64,000 bases of DNA, taken from assembly GCF_044704955.1 (NCBI RefSeq), contig NC_091995.1, positions 53,010,001 through 53,074,000 on the forward strand. The letters are read 5' to 3'. This document shows positions 34,401 through 47,300 of this stretch, one piece after another. The stretch comes from Pristiophorus japonicus. Lineage: Eukaryota. The notes under the pieces are model-generated. The model saw nothing but the letters and a program-made list of their open reading frames with translations. It was not told the DNA's origin and did no database searches. The position numbers were made by a program, and so were the translations under genes. The number at the start of each line of letters is the position of its first letter. The first letter of the stretch is position 1.

Positions 34401-37400
34401 GGGAGAGGTCAAACTAACGGGGAGTGAGGGGAGGGGTCAATCTAAGGGAGTGAGAGGAGGGGGTCAAACTAACGGAGTGAGAGGAGGGGCTCAAACTAAC
34501 GGAGTGAGGGGAGCGGTCAAACTAACGGGGAGTGAGGGGAGGGGTTAATCTAAGGGAGTGAGAAGAGGGGGTCAAACTAACGGAGTGAGAGGAGGGGTCA
34601 ATCTAAGGGAGTGAGAGGAGGGTCTCAAACTAACGGAGTGAGGGGAGGGGTCAAACTAACGGAGTGAGGGGAGGGGCTCAAACTAACGGAGTGAGCGGAG
34701 GGGTCAAACTTAAGGAGTGAGGGGAGGGATCAAACTAACGGAGTGAGGGGAGAGGTCAAACTAACGGAATGAGGGGAGGGGTCAAACTAACGGAGTGAGG
34801 GGAGGTGTCAAACTAACGGAGTGAGGGGAGGAGTCAAACTAATAGAGTGAGGGGAGAGGTTAAACTAACGGAGTGAGGGGAGGGTTCAAACAAACGGAGT
34901 GAGGTGAGGGGTCAATCTAACGGGGTGTGAGGGGAGGGGTCAAACTAACGGAGTGAGGGGAGCGGTCAAACTAACGGAGTGAGGGGACGGGTCACACTAA
35001 CGGAGTCAGGGGAGGGGTCAAACTAACGGAGTGAGGGGAGGGGTCAAACTATCGGAGTGAGTGGAAGGGTCAAACTAACGGAGTGAGGGGAGAGGTCAAA
35101 CTAACGGAGTGAGGGGAGGGTTCAAACAAACGGAGTGAGGTGAGGAGTCAATCTAACGGGGTGTGAGGGGAGGGACTCAAACTAACGGAGTGAGGGGAGC
35201 GGTCAAACTAACGGGGAGTGAGGGGAGGGGTCAATCTAAGGGAGTGAGAGGAGGGGGTCAAACTTACGGAGTGAGGGGAGGGGTCAAATTAACGGAGTGA
35301 GGGGAGGGTTCAAATAAACGGAGTGAGGGGAGGGGTTCAAACTAACGGAGTGAGGGGAGCGGCCAAACTAACGGGGAGTGAGGGGAGGGGTCAATCTAAG
35401 GGAGTGAGAGGAGGGGGTCAAACTAACGGAGTGAGGGGAGGGGCTGAAACTAACGGAGTGAGGGGAGCGGTCAAACAAACGGGGAGTGATTGGAGGGGTC
35501 AATCTAAGGGAGTGAGAGGAGGGGGTCAAACTAACGGAGTGAGGGGAGGGGTCAAACTAACGGAGTGAGGTGAGGGATCAAACTAACGGAGTGAGGGGAG
35601 GGGTCAAACTAACAGTGTGAGTGGAGGGGTCAAACTAACGGAGTGAGGTGAGAGGTCAAACTAACGGAGTGAGGGTAGGGGTCAAACTAACGGGGAGTGA
35701 GGGGAGTGGTCAAACTAACGGAGTGAGGGGAGGGTTCAAACTAACAGAGTGAGGTGAGGGGTCAAACTAACGGAGTGAGGTGAGGGGCTCAAACTAACGG
35801 AGTGAGGGGAAAGGGTCAAACTAACGGAGTGAGGGGATGGGTCACACTAACGGAGTGAGGGGAGGGGTTAAAGTCACAGATTGAGGGGAGGGGTCAAGCT
35901 CATGGAGTGAGGGGAGGGGTCAAACTAATGGAGTGAGGGGAGGGGTCAAACTAACGGAGCGAGGGGAGGATTCAAACTTACGTGTAGTGAGGGGAGGGGT
36001 CAAACTAACAGTGTGAGGGGAGGGGTCAAACTAACGGAGTGAGGGGAGCGTTCAAACTTACGTGTAGTGAGGGGAGGAGTCAAACTAACGGAGTGAGAGG
36101 AGGGTCTCAAACGAACGGAGTGAGGGGAGGGGTCAAACTAACGGAGTGAGGGGAGGGGCTCAAACTAATGGAGTGAGGGGAGGAGTCAAACTAACGGAGT
36201 GAGAGGAGGGTCTCAAACTAACGGAGTGAGGGGAGGGGTCAAACTAACGGAGTGAGGGGAGGGGCTCAAACTAACGGAGTGAGGGGAAGAGTCAAAATAA
36301 AGGAGTGAGGGGAGGTGTCAAAGTAACGGAGTGAGGGGAGGGGTCAAACATACAGGGAGCGAGGGGAGAGGTCAAACTAACGGTGTGAGTGGAGGGGTCA
36401 AACTAACGGAGAGAGGGTAGGGGTCAAACTAACGGGGAGTGATGGGAGGAGTCAAACTAACCGAGTGAGGGGAGAGCTCAAACTAACGGAGGGAGGTGAG
36501 GGCTCAAACATACAGGGAGCGAGGGGAGGGTTCAAACTAACGGAGTGAGTGGAGGGGTCAAACTATCAGAGAGTGAGGCTTGGGGCCAAACTAACGGTGT
36601 GAGGGGAGGGGTCAAACTAACGGGGAGTATGGGAGGGATCAAACTAACCGAGTGAGGGGAGAGCTCAAACTAACGGAAGGAGGGGAGGGGTCAAACTGAA
36701 GGAGTGAGGGGAGTGATGGGAGGGGTCAAACTAACGGAGTGAGGGGAAGGATCAAACTAACGGAGTGAGGGGAGGGTTCAAACTAACGGAGTGAGGGGAA
36801 GGTTCAAACTAACGGAGTCAGGGGGGAGGTCAAAGTAACAGAGTGAGGGGAGGGGTCAAACTAACGGAGTGAGGGGGGAGGTCAAACTAACGGAGGGAGG
36901 AGAGGAGTCAAACTGAAGGAGTGAGGGGATGGGTCAAACTAATGGAGTGAGGGGAGGGTTCAAAATAACGGAGTGAGGGCAGAGGTCAAACTAACGGAGT
37001 GAGGGGAGGGTCAAACTAATGGAGTGAGTGGAGGGGTCAAAATAACAGAGTGAGGGGAGGGGTCAAACTAATGGAGTGAGGGGAGGGTTCAAAGTATCGG
37101 AGTGAGGGGAGGGGTCAAACTAATGGAGTGAGGGGAGGGTCAAACTAATGGAGTGAGGGGAGGGGTCAAAATAACGGAGTGAGGGGAGGGGTCAAACTGA
37201 CGGGGAGTGACGGGAGGGGTCAAGCTAATGGAGTGAGGGGAGGGGTCAAACTAACGGAGTGAGGGGAGGGGTCAAACTAACGGGGAGTGAGGGGAGTGGT
37301 CAAACTAACGGAGTGAGGGGAGGTGGTCAAACGAACGGAGTGAGGGGAGGGTTCAAACTAACAGAGTGAGGTGAGGGGTCAAACTAACGGAGTGAGGTGA

Positions 37401-37659
37401 GGGGCTCAAACTAACGGAGTGAAGGGAAGGGGTCAAACTAACGGAGTGAGGGGATGGGTCACACTAACGGAGTGAGGGGTGGGGTTAAAGTCACAGATTG
37501 AGGGGAGGGGTCAAGCTCATGGAGTGAGGGGAGGGGTCAAACTAATGGAGTGAGGGGAGGGGTCAAACTAACGGAGCGAGGGGAGGATTCACACTTACGT
37601 GTAGTGAGGGGAGGGGTCAAACTAACAGTGTGAGGGGAGGGGTCAAACTAACGGAGTGA

Positions 37660-40060
37660 GGGGAGCGTTCAAACTTACGTGGAGTGAGGGGAGGAGTCAA
37701 ACTAACGGAGTGAGAGGAGGGTCTCAAACGAACGGAGTGAGGGGAAGGGTCAAACTAACGGAGTGAGGGGAGGGGCTCAAACTAACGGAGTGAGTGGAGG
37801 GGTCAAACCAACGGAGTGAGGGGAGGGATCAAACTAATGGAGTGAGGGGAGGAGTCAAACTAACGGAGTGAGAGGAGGGTCTCAAACTAACGGAGTGAGG
37901 GGAGAGGTCAAACTAACGGAGTGAGGGGAGGGGCTCAAACTAACGGAGTGAGGGGAAGAGTCAAACTAAAGGAGTGAGGGGAGGGATCAAACTAACGGAG
38001 TGAGGGGAGAGGTCAAACTAACGGAATGAGGGGAGGGGTCAAACTAACGGAATGAGGGGAGGTGTCAAACTAACGGAGTGAGGGGAGGAGTCAAACTAAT
38101 AGAGTGAGGGGAGAGGTCAAACTAACGGAGTGAGGGGAGGGGTCAATCTAACGGGGTGTGAGGGGAGGGGGTCAAACTAATGGAGTGAGGGGAGGGGCTC
38201 AAACTAACGGAGTGAGGGGAGGGGTCAAACTAACGGGGAGTGAGGGGAGGGGTCAATCTAAGGGAGTGAGAGGAGGGGGTCAAACTAACGGAGTAAGGGG
38301 AGGGGCTCAAACTAACGGAGTGAGGGGAGGGGCTCAAACTGACGGAGTGAGGGGAGAGGTCAAACTAACGGGGAGTGAGAGGAGGGGGTCAAACTAACGG
38401 AGTGAGCAGAGGGGCTCAAACTAACGGAGTGAGGGGAGGCGTCAAACTAACGGAGTGTGGGGAGGGGTCAAAATAATGGAGTGAGGGGAGGGGCTCAAAC
38501 TAACGGAGTGAGGGGAGGTGTCAAACTAACGGGGAGTGAGGGGAGGGGTCAAACTAACGGGGAGTGAGGGGAGGGGTCAAACTAACTGGGAGTGAGGGGA
38601 GGGGGTCAAACTAACGGAGTGAGGGGAGGGGCTCAAACGAATGGAGTGAGGGGAGGGGTCAAACTAACGAACTGATGTGAGGGGTCAAACTAACAGGGAA
38701 TGAGGGGAGGGGTCAAACTAAGGGAGTGAGGGGAGGGGGTCAAACTAACGGAGTGAGGGGAGGGGCTCAAAGTAACGGAGTGACGGGAGGGGTCAAACTA
38801 ACGGAGTGAGCGGAGGGGTCAAACTAACGTTGTGAGGGGAGGGGTCAAACTAACAGTGTGAGGGGAGGGATCAAACTAACGGAGTGAGGGGAGCGTTCAA
38901 ACTTACGTGGAGTGAGGGGAGGAGTCAAACTAACGGAGTGAGAGGAGGGTCTCAAACGAACGGAGTGAGGGGAAGGGTCAAACTAACGGAGTGAGGGGAG
39001 GGTCTCAAACTAACGGAGTGAGTGGAGGGGTCAAACCAACGGAGTGAGGGGAGGGATCAAACTAATGGAGTGAGGGGAGGAGTCAAACTAACGGAGTGAG
39101 AGGAGGGTCTCAAACTAACGGAGTGAGGGGAGAGGTCAAACTAACGGAGTGAGGGGAGGGGCTCAAACTAACGGAGTGAGGGGAAGAGTCAAACTAAAGG
39201 AGTGAGGGGAGGGATCAAACTAACGGAGTGAAGGGAGAGGTCAAACTAACGGAATGAGGGGAGAGGTCAAACTAACGGAGTGAGGGGAGGAGTCAAACTA
39301 GTAGAGTGAGGGGAGAGGTCAAACTAACGGAGTGAGGGGAGGGGTCAATCTAACGGGGTGTGAGGGGAGGGGGTCAAACTAATGGATTGAGGGGAGGGGC
39401 TCAAACTAACGGAGTGAGGGGAGGGATCAAACTAACGGGGAGTGAGGGGAGGGGTCAATCTAAGGGAGTGAGAGGAGGGGGTCAAACTAACGGAGTAAGG
39501 GGAGGGGCTCAAACTAACGGAGTGAGGGGAGGGGCTCAAACTAATGGAGTGAGGGGAGAGGTCAAACTAACGGGGAGTGAGAGGAGGGGGTCAAACTAAC
39601 GGAGTGAGCGGAGGGGCTCAAACTAACGGAGTGAGGGGAGGCGTCAAACTAACGGAGTGTGGGGAGGGGTCAAAATAATGGAGTGAGGGGAGGGGCTCAA
39701 ACTAACGGAGTGAGGGGAGGTGTCAAACTAACGGGGAGTGAGGGGAGGGGTCAAACTAACGGGGAGTGAGGGGAGGGGTCAAACTAACTGGGAGTGAGGG
39801 GAGGGGGTCAAACTAACGGAGTGAGGGGAGGGGCTCAAACGAATGGAGTGAGGGGAGGGGTCAAACTAACGAACTGATGTGAGGGGTCAAACTAACAGGG
39901 AATGAGGGGAGGGGTCAAACTAAGGGAGTGAGGGGAGGGGGTCAAACTAACGGAGTGAGGGGAGGGGCTCAAAGTAACGGAGTGACGGGAGGGGTCAAAC
40001 TAACGGAGTGAGCGGAGGGGTCAAACTAACGTTGTGAGGGGAGGGGTCAAACTAACAGGG
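37660..40060 (+). repeat. 1202-bp tandem duplication within the array
   Basis: ORFs 38158/39360. The marker AACGAACTGATGTGA occurs at ~38667 and ~39869. Confidence 0.82.
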
Positions 40061-41349
40061 TAAGGGGAGGGGCTCAAAGTAACGGAGTGACGGGACGGGT
40101 TAAACTAACGGAGTGAGGGAAGGGGTCAAACAAACGTTGTGAGGGGAGGGGCCAAACTAACGGAGTGAGGGGAGGGGCTCAAACTAATGGTGTGAGGGGA
40201 GGGGCTCAAACTAACGGAGTGAGAGGAGGGGTCATACTAACAGGGAATGAGGGGAGGAGTCAAACTAACGAAGTGAGGGGAGGAGTCAAACTAACGGAGT
40301 GAGGGGAGGGGGTCAAATTAACGGAGTGAGGGGAGAGGTCAAACTAACGGAATGAGGGGAGGGGTCAAACTAAAGGAGTGAGGGGAGGTGTCAGACTAAT
40401 GGAGTGAGGGGAGGGGTCAAACTAATGGAGTGAGGGGAGGGGTCAAACTAAGGGAGTGAGGGGAGGGATCAAACTAACGGAGTGAGGGGAGGGGTCAAAC
40501 TAATGGAGTGAGGGGAGGGGTCAAGCTAACGGAGTGAGGGGAGGGGTCAAACTAACGGAGTGAGGGGAGGGGCTCAAACTAACGGAGTGAGGGGAGGGGT
40601 CAAACTAACGGAGTGAGAGGAGGGGGTCAAACTAACGGGGAGTGAGGGGAGCGGTCAAACTAACGGAGTGAGGGGAGGTGGTGAACCGAACGGAGTGAGG
40701 TGAGGGGCTCAAACTAACGGAGTGACGGGAAGGTTCAAACTAACGGAGTCAGGGGGGAGGTCAAAGTAACAGAGTGAGGGGAGGGGTCAAACTGACGGAG
40801 TGAGGGGGGAGGTCAAACTAACGGAGGGAGGAGAGGAGTCAAACTGAAGGAGTGAGGGGAGGGGTCAAACTAATGGAGTGAGGGGAGGGTTCAAAATAAC
40901 GGAGTGAGGGCAGAGGTCAAAATAACGGAGTGAGGGGAGGGTTCAAAGTAACGGAGTGAGGGGAGGTGTCAAACTAACGGAGTGAGGGGAGGTGTCAAAC
41001 TAACGGATTGAGGGGAGGGATCAAACTAACGGAGTGAGGGGAGGGGTCAAACTAAAGGAGTGAGTGTAAGGGTCAAACTAATGGAGTGAGGGAAGCGGTC
41101 AAACTAATGGAGTGAGGGGAGGTGTCAAACTAACGGAGTGAGGGGAGGGATCAAACTAACGGAGTGAGGGGAGGAATCAAACTAATGGAGTGAGGAGGGA
41201 AGTCAACCTAACGGAGTGAGAGGAAGGGTCAAACTAACGGGTAGTGAGGGGAGGGGTCAAACTAACAGAGTGAGGGGAGGGTTCAAACTACCGGGGAGTG
41301 AGGGGAGGGGTCAAACTAACGGAGTGAGGGGAAGGGTTAAACTAATGGA

Positions 41350-44300
41350 GTGAGTGGAGTTGTCAAACTAACGGAGTGAGGGGAGGGGTCAAAGTAACGG
41401 AGTGAGGGGAGGGGTCAAACATACAGGGAGCGAGGGGAGGGGTCAAACTAACGGTGTGAGTGGAGGGGTCAAACTAACGGAGAGAGGGTAGGGGTCAAAC
41501 TAACGGGGAGTGATGGGAGGGGTCAAACTAACCGAGTGAGGGGAGAGCTCAAACTAACGATGGGAGGTGAGGGCTCAAACATACAGGGAGCGAGGGGAGG
41601 GTTCAAACTAACGGAGTGAGTGGAGGGGTCAAACTATCAGAGAGTGAGGCTTGGGGCCAAACTAACGGTGTGAGTGGAGGGGTCAAACTAACAGAGTGAG
41701 GGGAGGGGTCAAACTAACGGGGAGTATGGGAGGGATCAAACTAACCGAGTGAGGGGAGAGCTCAAACTAACGGAAGGAGGGGAGGGGTCAAACTGAAGGA
41801 GTGAGGGGAGTGATGGGAGGGGTCAAACTAACGGAGTGAGGGGAAGGATCAAACTAACGGAGTGAGGGGAAGGTTCGAACTAACGGAGTCAGGGGTGAGG
41901 TCAAAGTAACAGAGTGAGGGGAGGGGTCAAACTAACGGAGTGAGGGGGGAGGTCAAACTAACGGAGGGAGGAGAGGAGTCAAACTGAAGGAGTGAGGGGA
42001 GGGGTCAAACTAATGGAGTGAGGGGAGGGTTCAAAATAACGGAGTGAGGGCAGAGGTCAAAATAACGGAGTGAGGTGAGGTGTCAAACTAACGGAGTGAG
42101 GGGAGGGGTCAAAATAACGGAGTGAGGGGAGTGGTCAAACTAACGGAGTGAGGGGAGGGTCAAACTAATGGAGTGAGTGGAGGGGTCAAAATAACAGAGT
42201 GAGGGGAGGGGTCAAACTAATGGAGTGAAGGGAGGGTTCAAAGTAACGGAGTGAGGGGAGGGGTCAAACTAATGGAGTGAGGGGAGGGTCAAACTAATGG
42301 AGTGAGGGGAGGGTCAAACTAATGGAGTGAGGGGAGGGGTCAAAATAACGGAGTGAGGGGAGGGGTCAAACTAACGGGGAGTGAGGGGAGGGGTCAAGCT
42401 AATGGAGTGAGGGGAGGGGTCAAACTAACGGAGTGAGGGGAGGGGTCAAACTAACGGGGAGTGAGGGGAGTGGTCAAACTAACGGAGTGAGGGGAGGTGG
42501 TCAAACGAACGGAGTGAGGGGAGGGTTCAAACTAACAGAGTGAGGTGAGGGGTCAAACTAACGGAGTGAGGTGAGGGGCTCAAACTAACGGAGTGAGGGG
42601 AAGGGGTCAAACTAACGGAGTGAGGGGATGGGTCACACTAACGGAGTGAGGGGAGGGGTTAAAGTCACAGATTGAGGGGAGGGGTCAAGCTCATGGAGTG
42701 AGGGGAGGGGTCAAACTAATGGAGTGAGGGGAGGGGTCAAACTAACGGAGCGAGGGGAGGATTCAAACTTACGTGTAGTGAGGGGAGGGGTCAAACTAAC
42801 AGTGTGAGGGGAGGGGTCAAACTAACGGAGTGAGGGGAGCGTTCAAACTTACGTGGAGTGAGGGGAGGAGTTAAACTAACGGAGTGAGAGGAGGGTCTCA
42901 AACGAACGGAGTGAGGGGAGGGGTCAAACTAACGGAGTGAGGGGAGGGGCTCAAACTAACGGAGTGAGTGGAGGGGTCAAACCAACGGAGTGAGGGGAGG
43001 GACTCAAACTAATGGAGTGAGGGGAGGAGTCAAACTAACGGAGTGAGGGGAGGGGCTCAAACTAACGGAGTGAGTGGAGGGGTCAAACCAACGGAGTGAG
43101 GGGAGGGACTCAAACTAATGGAGTGAGGGGAGGAGTCAAACTAACGGAGTGAGAGGAGGGTCTCAAACTAACGGAGTGAGGGGAGGGGTCAAACTAACGG
43201 AGTGAGGGGAGGGGCTCAAACTAACGGAGTGAGGGGAAGAGTCAAACTAAAGGAGTGAGGGGAGGTGTCAAACTAACGGAGTGAGGGGAGGGGTCAAAGT
43301 AACGGAGTGAGGGGAGGGGTCAAACATACAGGGAGCGAGGGGAGGGGTCAAACTAACGGTGTGAGTGGAGGGGTCAAACTAACGGAGAGAGGGTAGGGGT
43401 CAAACTAACGGGGAGTGATGGGAGGGGTCAAACTAACCGAGTGAGGGGAGAGTTCAAACTAACGGAGGGAGGTGAGGGCTCAAACATACAGGGAGCGAGG
43501 GGAGGGTTCAAACTAAAGGAGTGAGTGGAGGGGTCAAACTATCAGAGAGTGAGGCTTGGGGCCAAACTAACGGTGTGAGTGGAGGGGTCAAACTAACAGA
43601 GTGAGGGGAGGGGTCAAACTAACGGGGAGTATGGGAGGGATCAAACTAACCGAGTGAGGGGAGAGCTCAAACTAACGGAAGGAGGGGAGGGGTCAAACTG
43701 AAGGAGTGAGGGGAGTGATGGGAGGGGTCAAACTAACGGAGTGAGGGGAAGGATCAAACTAACGGAGTGAGGGGGGAGGTCAAACTAACGGAGGGAGGAG
43801 AGGAGTCAAACTGAAGGAGTGAGGGGAGGGGTCAAACTAATGGAGTGAGGGGAGGGTTCAAAATAACGGAGTCAGGGGTGAGGTCAAAGTAACAGAGTGA
43901 GGGGAGGGGTCAAACTAACGGAGTGAGGGGGGAGGTCAAACTAACGGAGGGAGGAGAGGAGTCAAACTGAAGGAGTGAGGGGAGGGGTCAAACTAATGGA
44001 GTGAGGGGAGGGTTCAAAATAACGGAGTGAGGGCAGAGGTCAAAATAACGGAGTGAGGTGAGGTGTCAAACTAACGGAGTGACGGGAGGGGTCAAAATAA
44101 CGGAGTGAGGGGAGTGGTCAAACTAACGGAGTGAGGGGAGGGTCAAACTAATGGAGTGAGTGGAGGGGTCAAAATAACAGAGTGAGGGGAGGGGTCAAAC
44201 TAATGGAGTGAAGGGAGGGTTCAAAGTAACGGAGTGAGGGGAGGGGTCAAACTAATGGAGTGAGGGGAGGGTCAAACTAATGGAGTGAGGGGAGGGTCAA

Positions 44301-47300
44301 ACTAATGGAGTGAGGGGAGGGGTCAAAATAACGGAGTGAGGGGAGGGGTCAAACTAACGGGGAGTGAGGGGAGGGGTCAAGCTAATGGAGTGAGGGGAGG
44401 GGTCAAACTAACGGAGTGAGGGGAGGGGTCAAACTAACGGGGAGTGAGGGGAGTGGTAATACTAACGGAGTGAGGGGAGGTGGTCAAACGAACGGAGTGA
44501 GGGGAGGGTTCAAACTAACAGAGTGAGGTGAGGGGTCAAACTAACGGAGTGAGATGAGGGGCTCAAACTAACGGAGTGAGGGGAAGGGGTCAAACTAACG
44601 GAGTGAGGGGATGGGTCACACTAACGGAGTGAGGGGAGGGGTTAAAGTCACAGATTGAGGGGAGGGGTCAAGCTCATGGAGTGAGGGGAGGGGTCAAACT
44701 AATGGAGTGAGGGGAGGGGTCAAACTAACGGAGCGAGGGGAGGATTCAAACTTACGTGTAGTGAGGGGAGGGGTCAAACTAACAGTGTGAGGGGAGGGGT
44801 CAAACTAACGGAGTGAGGGGAGCGTTCAAACTTACGTGGAGTGAGGGGAGGAGTTAAACTAACGGAGTGAGAGGAGGGTCTCAAACGAACGGAGTGAGGG
44901 GAGGGGTCAAACTAACGGAGTGAGGGGAGGGGCTCAAACTAACGGAGTGAGTGGAGGGGTCAAACCAACGGAGTGAGAGGAGGGTCTCAAACTAACGGAG
45001 TGAGGGGAGGGGTCAAACTAACGGAGTGAGGGGAGGGGCTCAAACTAACGGAGTGAGGGGAAGAGTCAAACTAAAGGAGTGAGGGGAGGTGTCAAACTAA
45101 CGGAGTGAGGGGAGGGGTCAAAGTAACGGAGTGAGGGGAGGGGTCAAACATACAGGGAGCGAGGGGAGGGGTCAAACTAACGGTGTGAGTGGAGGGGTCA
45201 AACTAACGGAGAGAGGGTAGGGGTCAAACTAACGGGGAGTGATGGGAGGGGTCAAACTAACCGAGTGAGGGGAGAGTTCAAACTAACGGAGGGAGGTGAG
45301 GGCTCAAACATACAGGGAGCGAGGGGAGGGTTCAAACTAAAGGAGTGAGTGGAGGGGTCAAACTATCAGAGAGTGAGGCTTGGGGCCAAACTAACGGTGT
45401 GAGTGGAGGGGTCAAACTAACAGAGTGAGGGGAGGGGTCAAACTAACGGGGAGTATGGGAGGGATCAAACTAACCGAGTGAGGGGAGAGCTCAAACTAAC
45501 GGAAGGAGGGGAGGGGTCAAACTGAAGGAGTGAGGGGAGTGATGGGAGGGGTCAAACTAACGGAGTGAGGGGAAGGATCAAACTAACGGAGTGAGGGGAA
45601 GGTTCGAACTAACGGAGTCAGGGGGGAGGTCAAAGTAACAGAGTGAGGGGACGGGTCAAACTAACGGAGTGAGGGGGGAGGTCAAACTAACGGAGGGAGG
45701 AGAGGAGTCAAACTGAAGGAGTGAGGGGAGGGGTCAAACTAATGGAGTGAGGGGAGGGTTCAAAATAACGGAGTGAGGGCAGAGGTCAAAATAACGGAGT
45801 GAGGTGAGGTGTCAAACTAACGGAGTGAGGGGAGGGGTCAAAATAACGGAGTGAGGGGAGTGGTCAAACTAACGGAGTGAGGGGAGGGTCAAACTAATGG
45901 AGTGAGTGGAGGGGTCAAAATAACAGAGTGAGGGGAGGGGTCAAACTAATGGAGTGAAGGGAGGGTTCAAAGTAACGGAGTGAGGGGATGTGTCAAACTA
46001 ATGGAGTGAGGGGAGGGTCAAACTAATGGAGTGAGGGGAGTGGTCAAAATAACGGAGTGAGGGGAGGGGTCAAACTAACGGGGAGTGAGGGGAGGGGTCA
46101 AGCTAATGGAGTGAGGGGAGGGGTCAAACTAACGGAGTGAGGGGAGGGGTCAAACTAACGGGGAGTGAGGGGAGTGGTCAAACTAACGGAGTGAGGGGAG
46201 GTGGTCAAACGAACGGAGTGAGGGGAGGGTTCAAACTAACAGAGTGAGGTGAGGGGTCAAACTAACGGAGTGAGGTGAGGGGCTCAAACTAACGGAGTGA
46301 GGGGAAGGGGTCAAACTAACGGAGTGAGGGGATGGGTCACACTAACGGAGTGAGGGGAGGGGTTAAAGTCACAGATTGAGGGGAGGGGTCAAGCTCATGG
46401 AGTGAGGGGAGGGGTCAAACTAATGGAGTGAGGGGAGGGGTCAAACTAACGGAGCGAGGGGAGGATTCAAACTTACGTGTAGTGAGGGGAGGGGTCAAAC
46501 TAACAGTGTGAGGGGAGGGGTCAAACTAACGGAGTGAGGGGAGCGTTCAAACTTACGTGGAGTGAGGGGAGGAGTTAAACTAACGGAGTGAGAGGAGGGT
46601 CTCAAACGAACGGAGTGAGGGGAGGGGTCAAACTAACGGAGTGAGGGGAGGGGCTCAAACTAACGGAGTGAGTGGAGGGGTCAAACCAACGGAGTGAGGG
46701 GAGGGACTCAAACTAATGGAGTGAGGGGAGGAGTCAAACTAACGGAGTGAGAGGAGTGTCTCAAACTAACGGAGTGAGGGGAGGGGTCAAACTAACGGAG
46801 TGAGGGGAGGGGCTCAAACTAACGGAGTGAGGGGAAGAGTCAAACTAAAGGAGTGAGGGGAGGTGTCAAACTAACGGAGTGAGGGGAGGGGTCAAAGTAA
46901 CGGAGTGAGGGGAGGGGTCAAACATACAGGGAGCGAGGGGAGGGGTCAAACTAACGGTGTGAGTGGAGGGGTCAAACTAACGGAGAGAGGGTAGGGGTCA
47001 AACTAACGGGGAGTGATGGGAGGGGTCAAACTAACCGAGTGAGGGGAGAGTTCAAACTAACGGAGGGAGGTGAGGGCTCAAACATACAGGGAGCGAGGGG
47101 AGGGTTCAAACTAAAGGAGTGAGTGGAGCGGTCAAACTATCAGAGTGAGGGGAGGGGTCAAACTAACGGGGAGTATGGGAGGGATCAAACTAACCGAGTG
47201 AGGGGAGAGCTCGAACTAACGGAAGGAGGGGAGGAGTCAAACTGAAGGAGTGAGGGGAGTGATGGGAGGGGTCAAACTAACGGAGTGAGGGGAAGGCTCA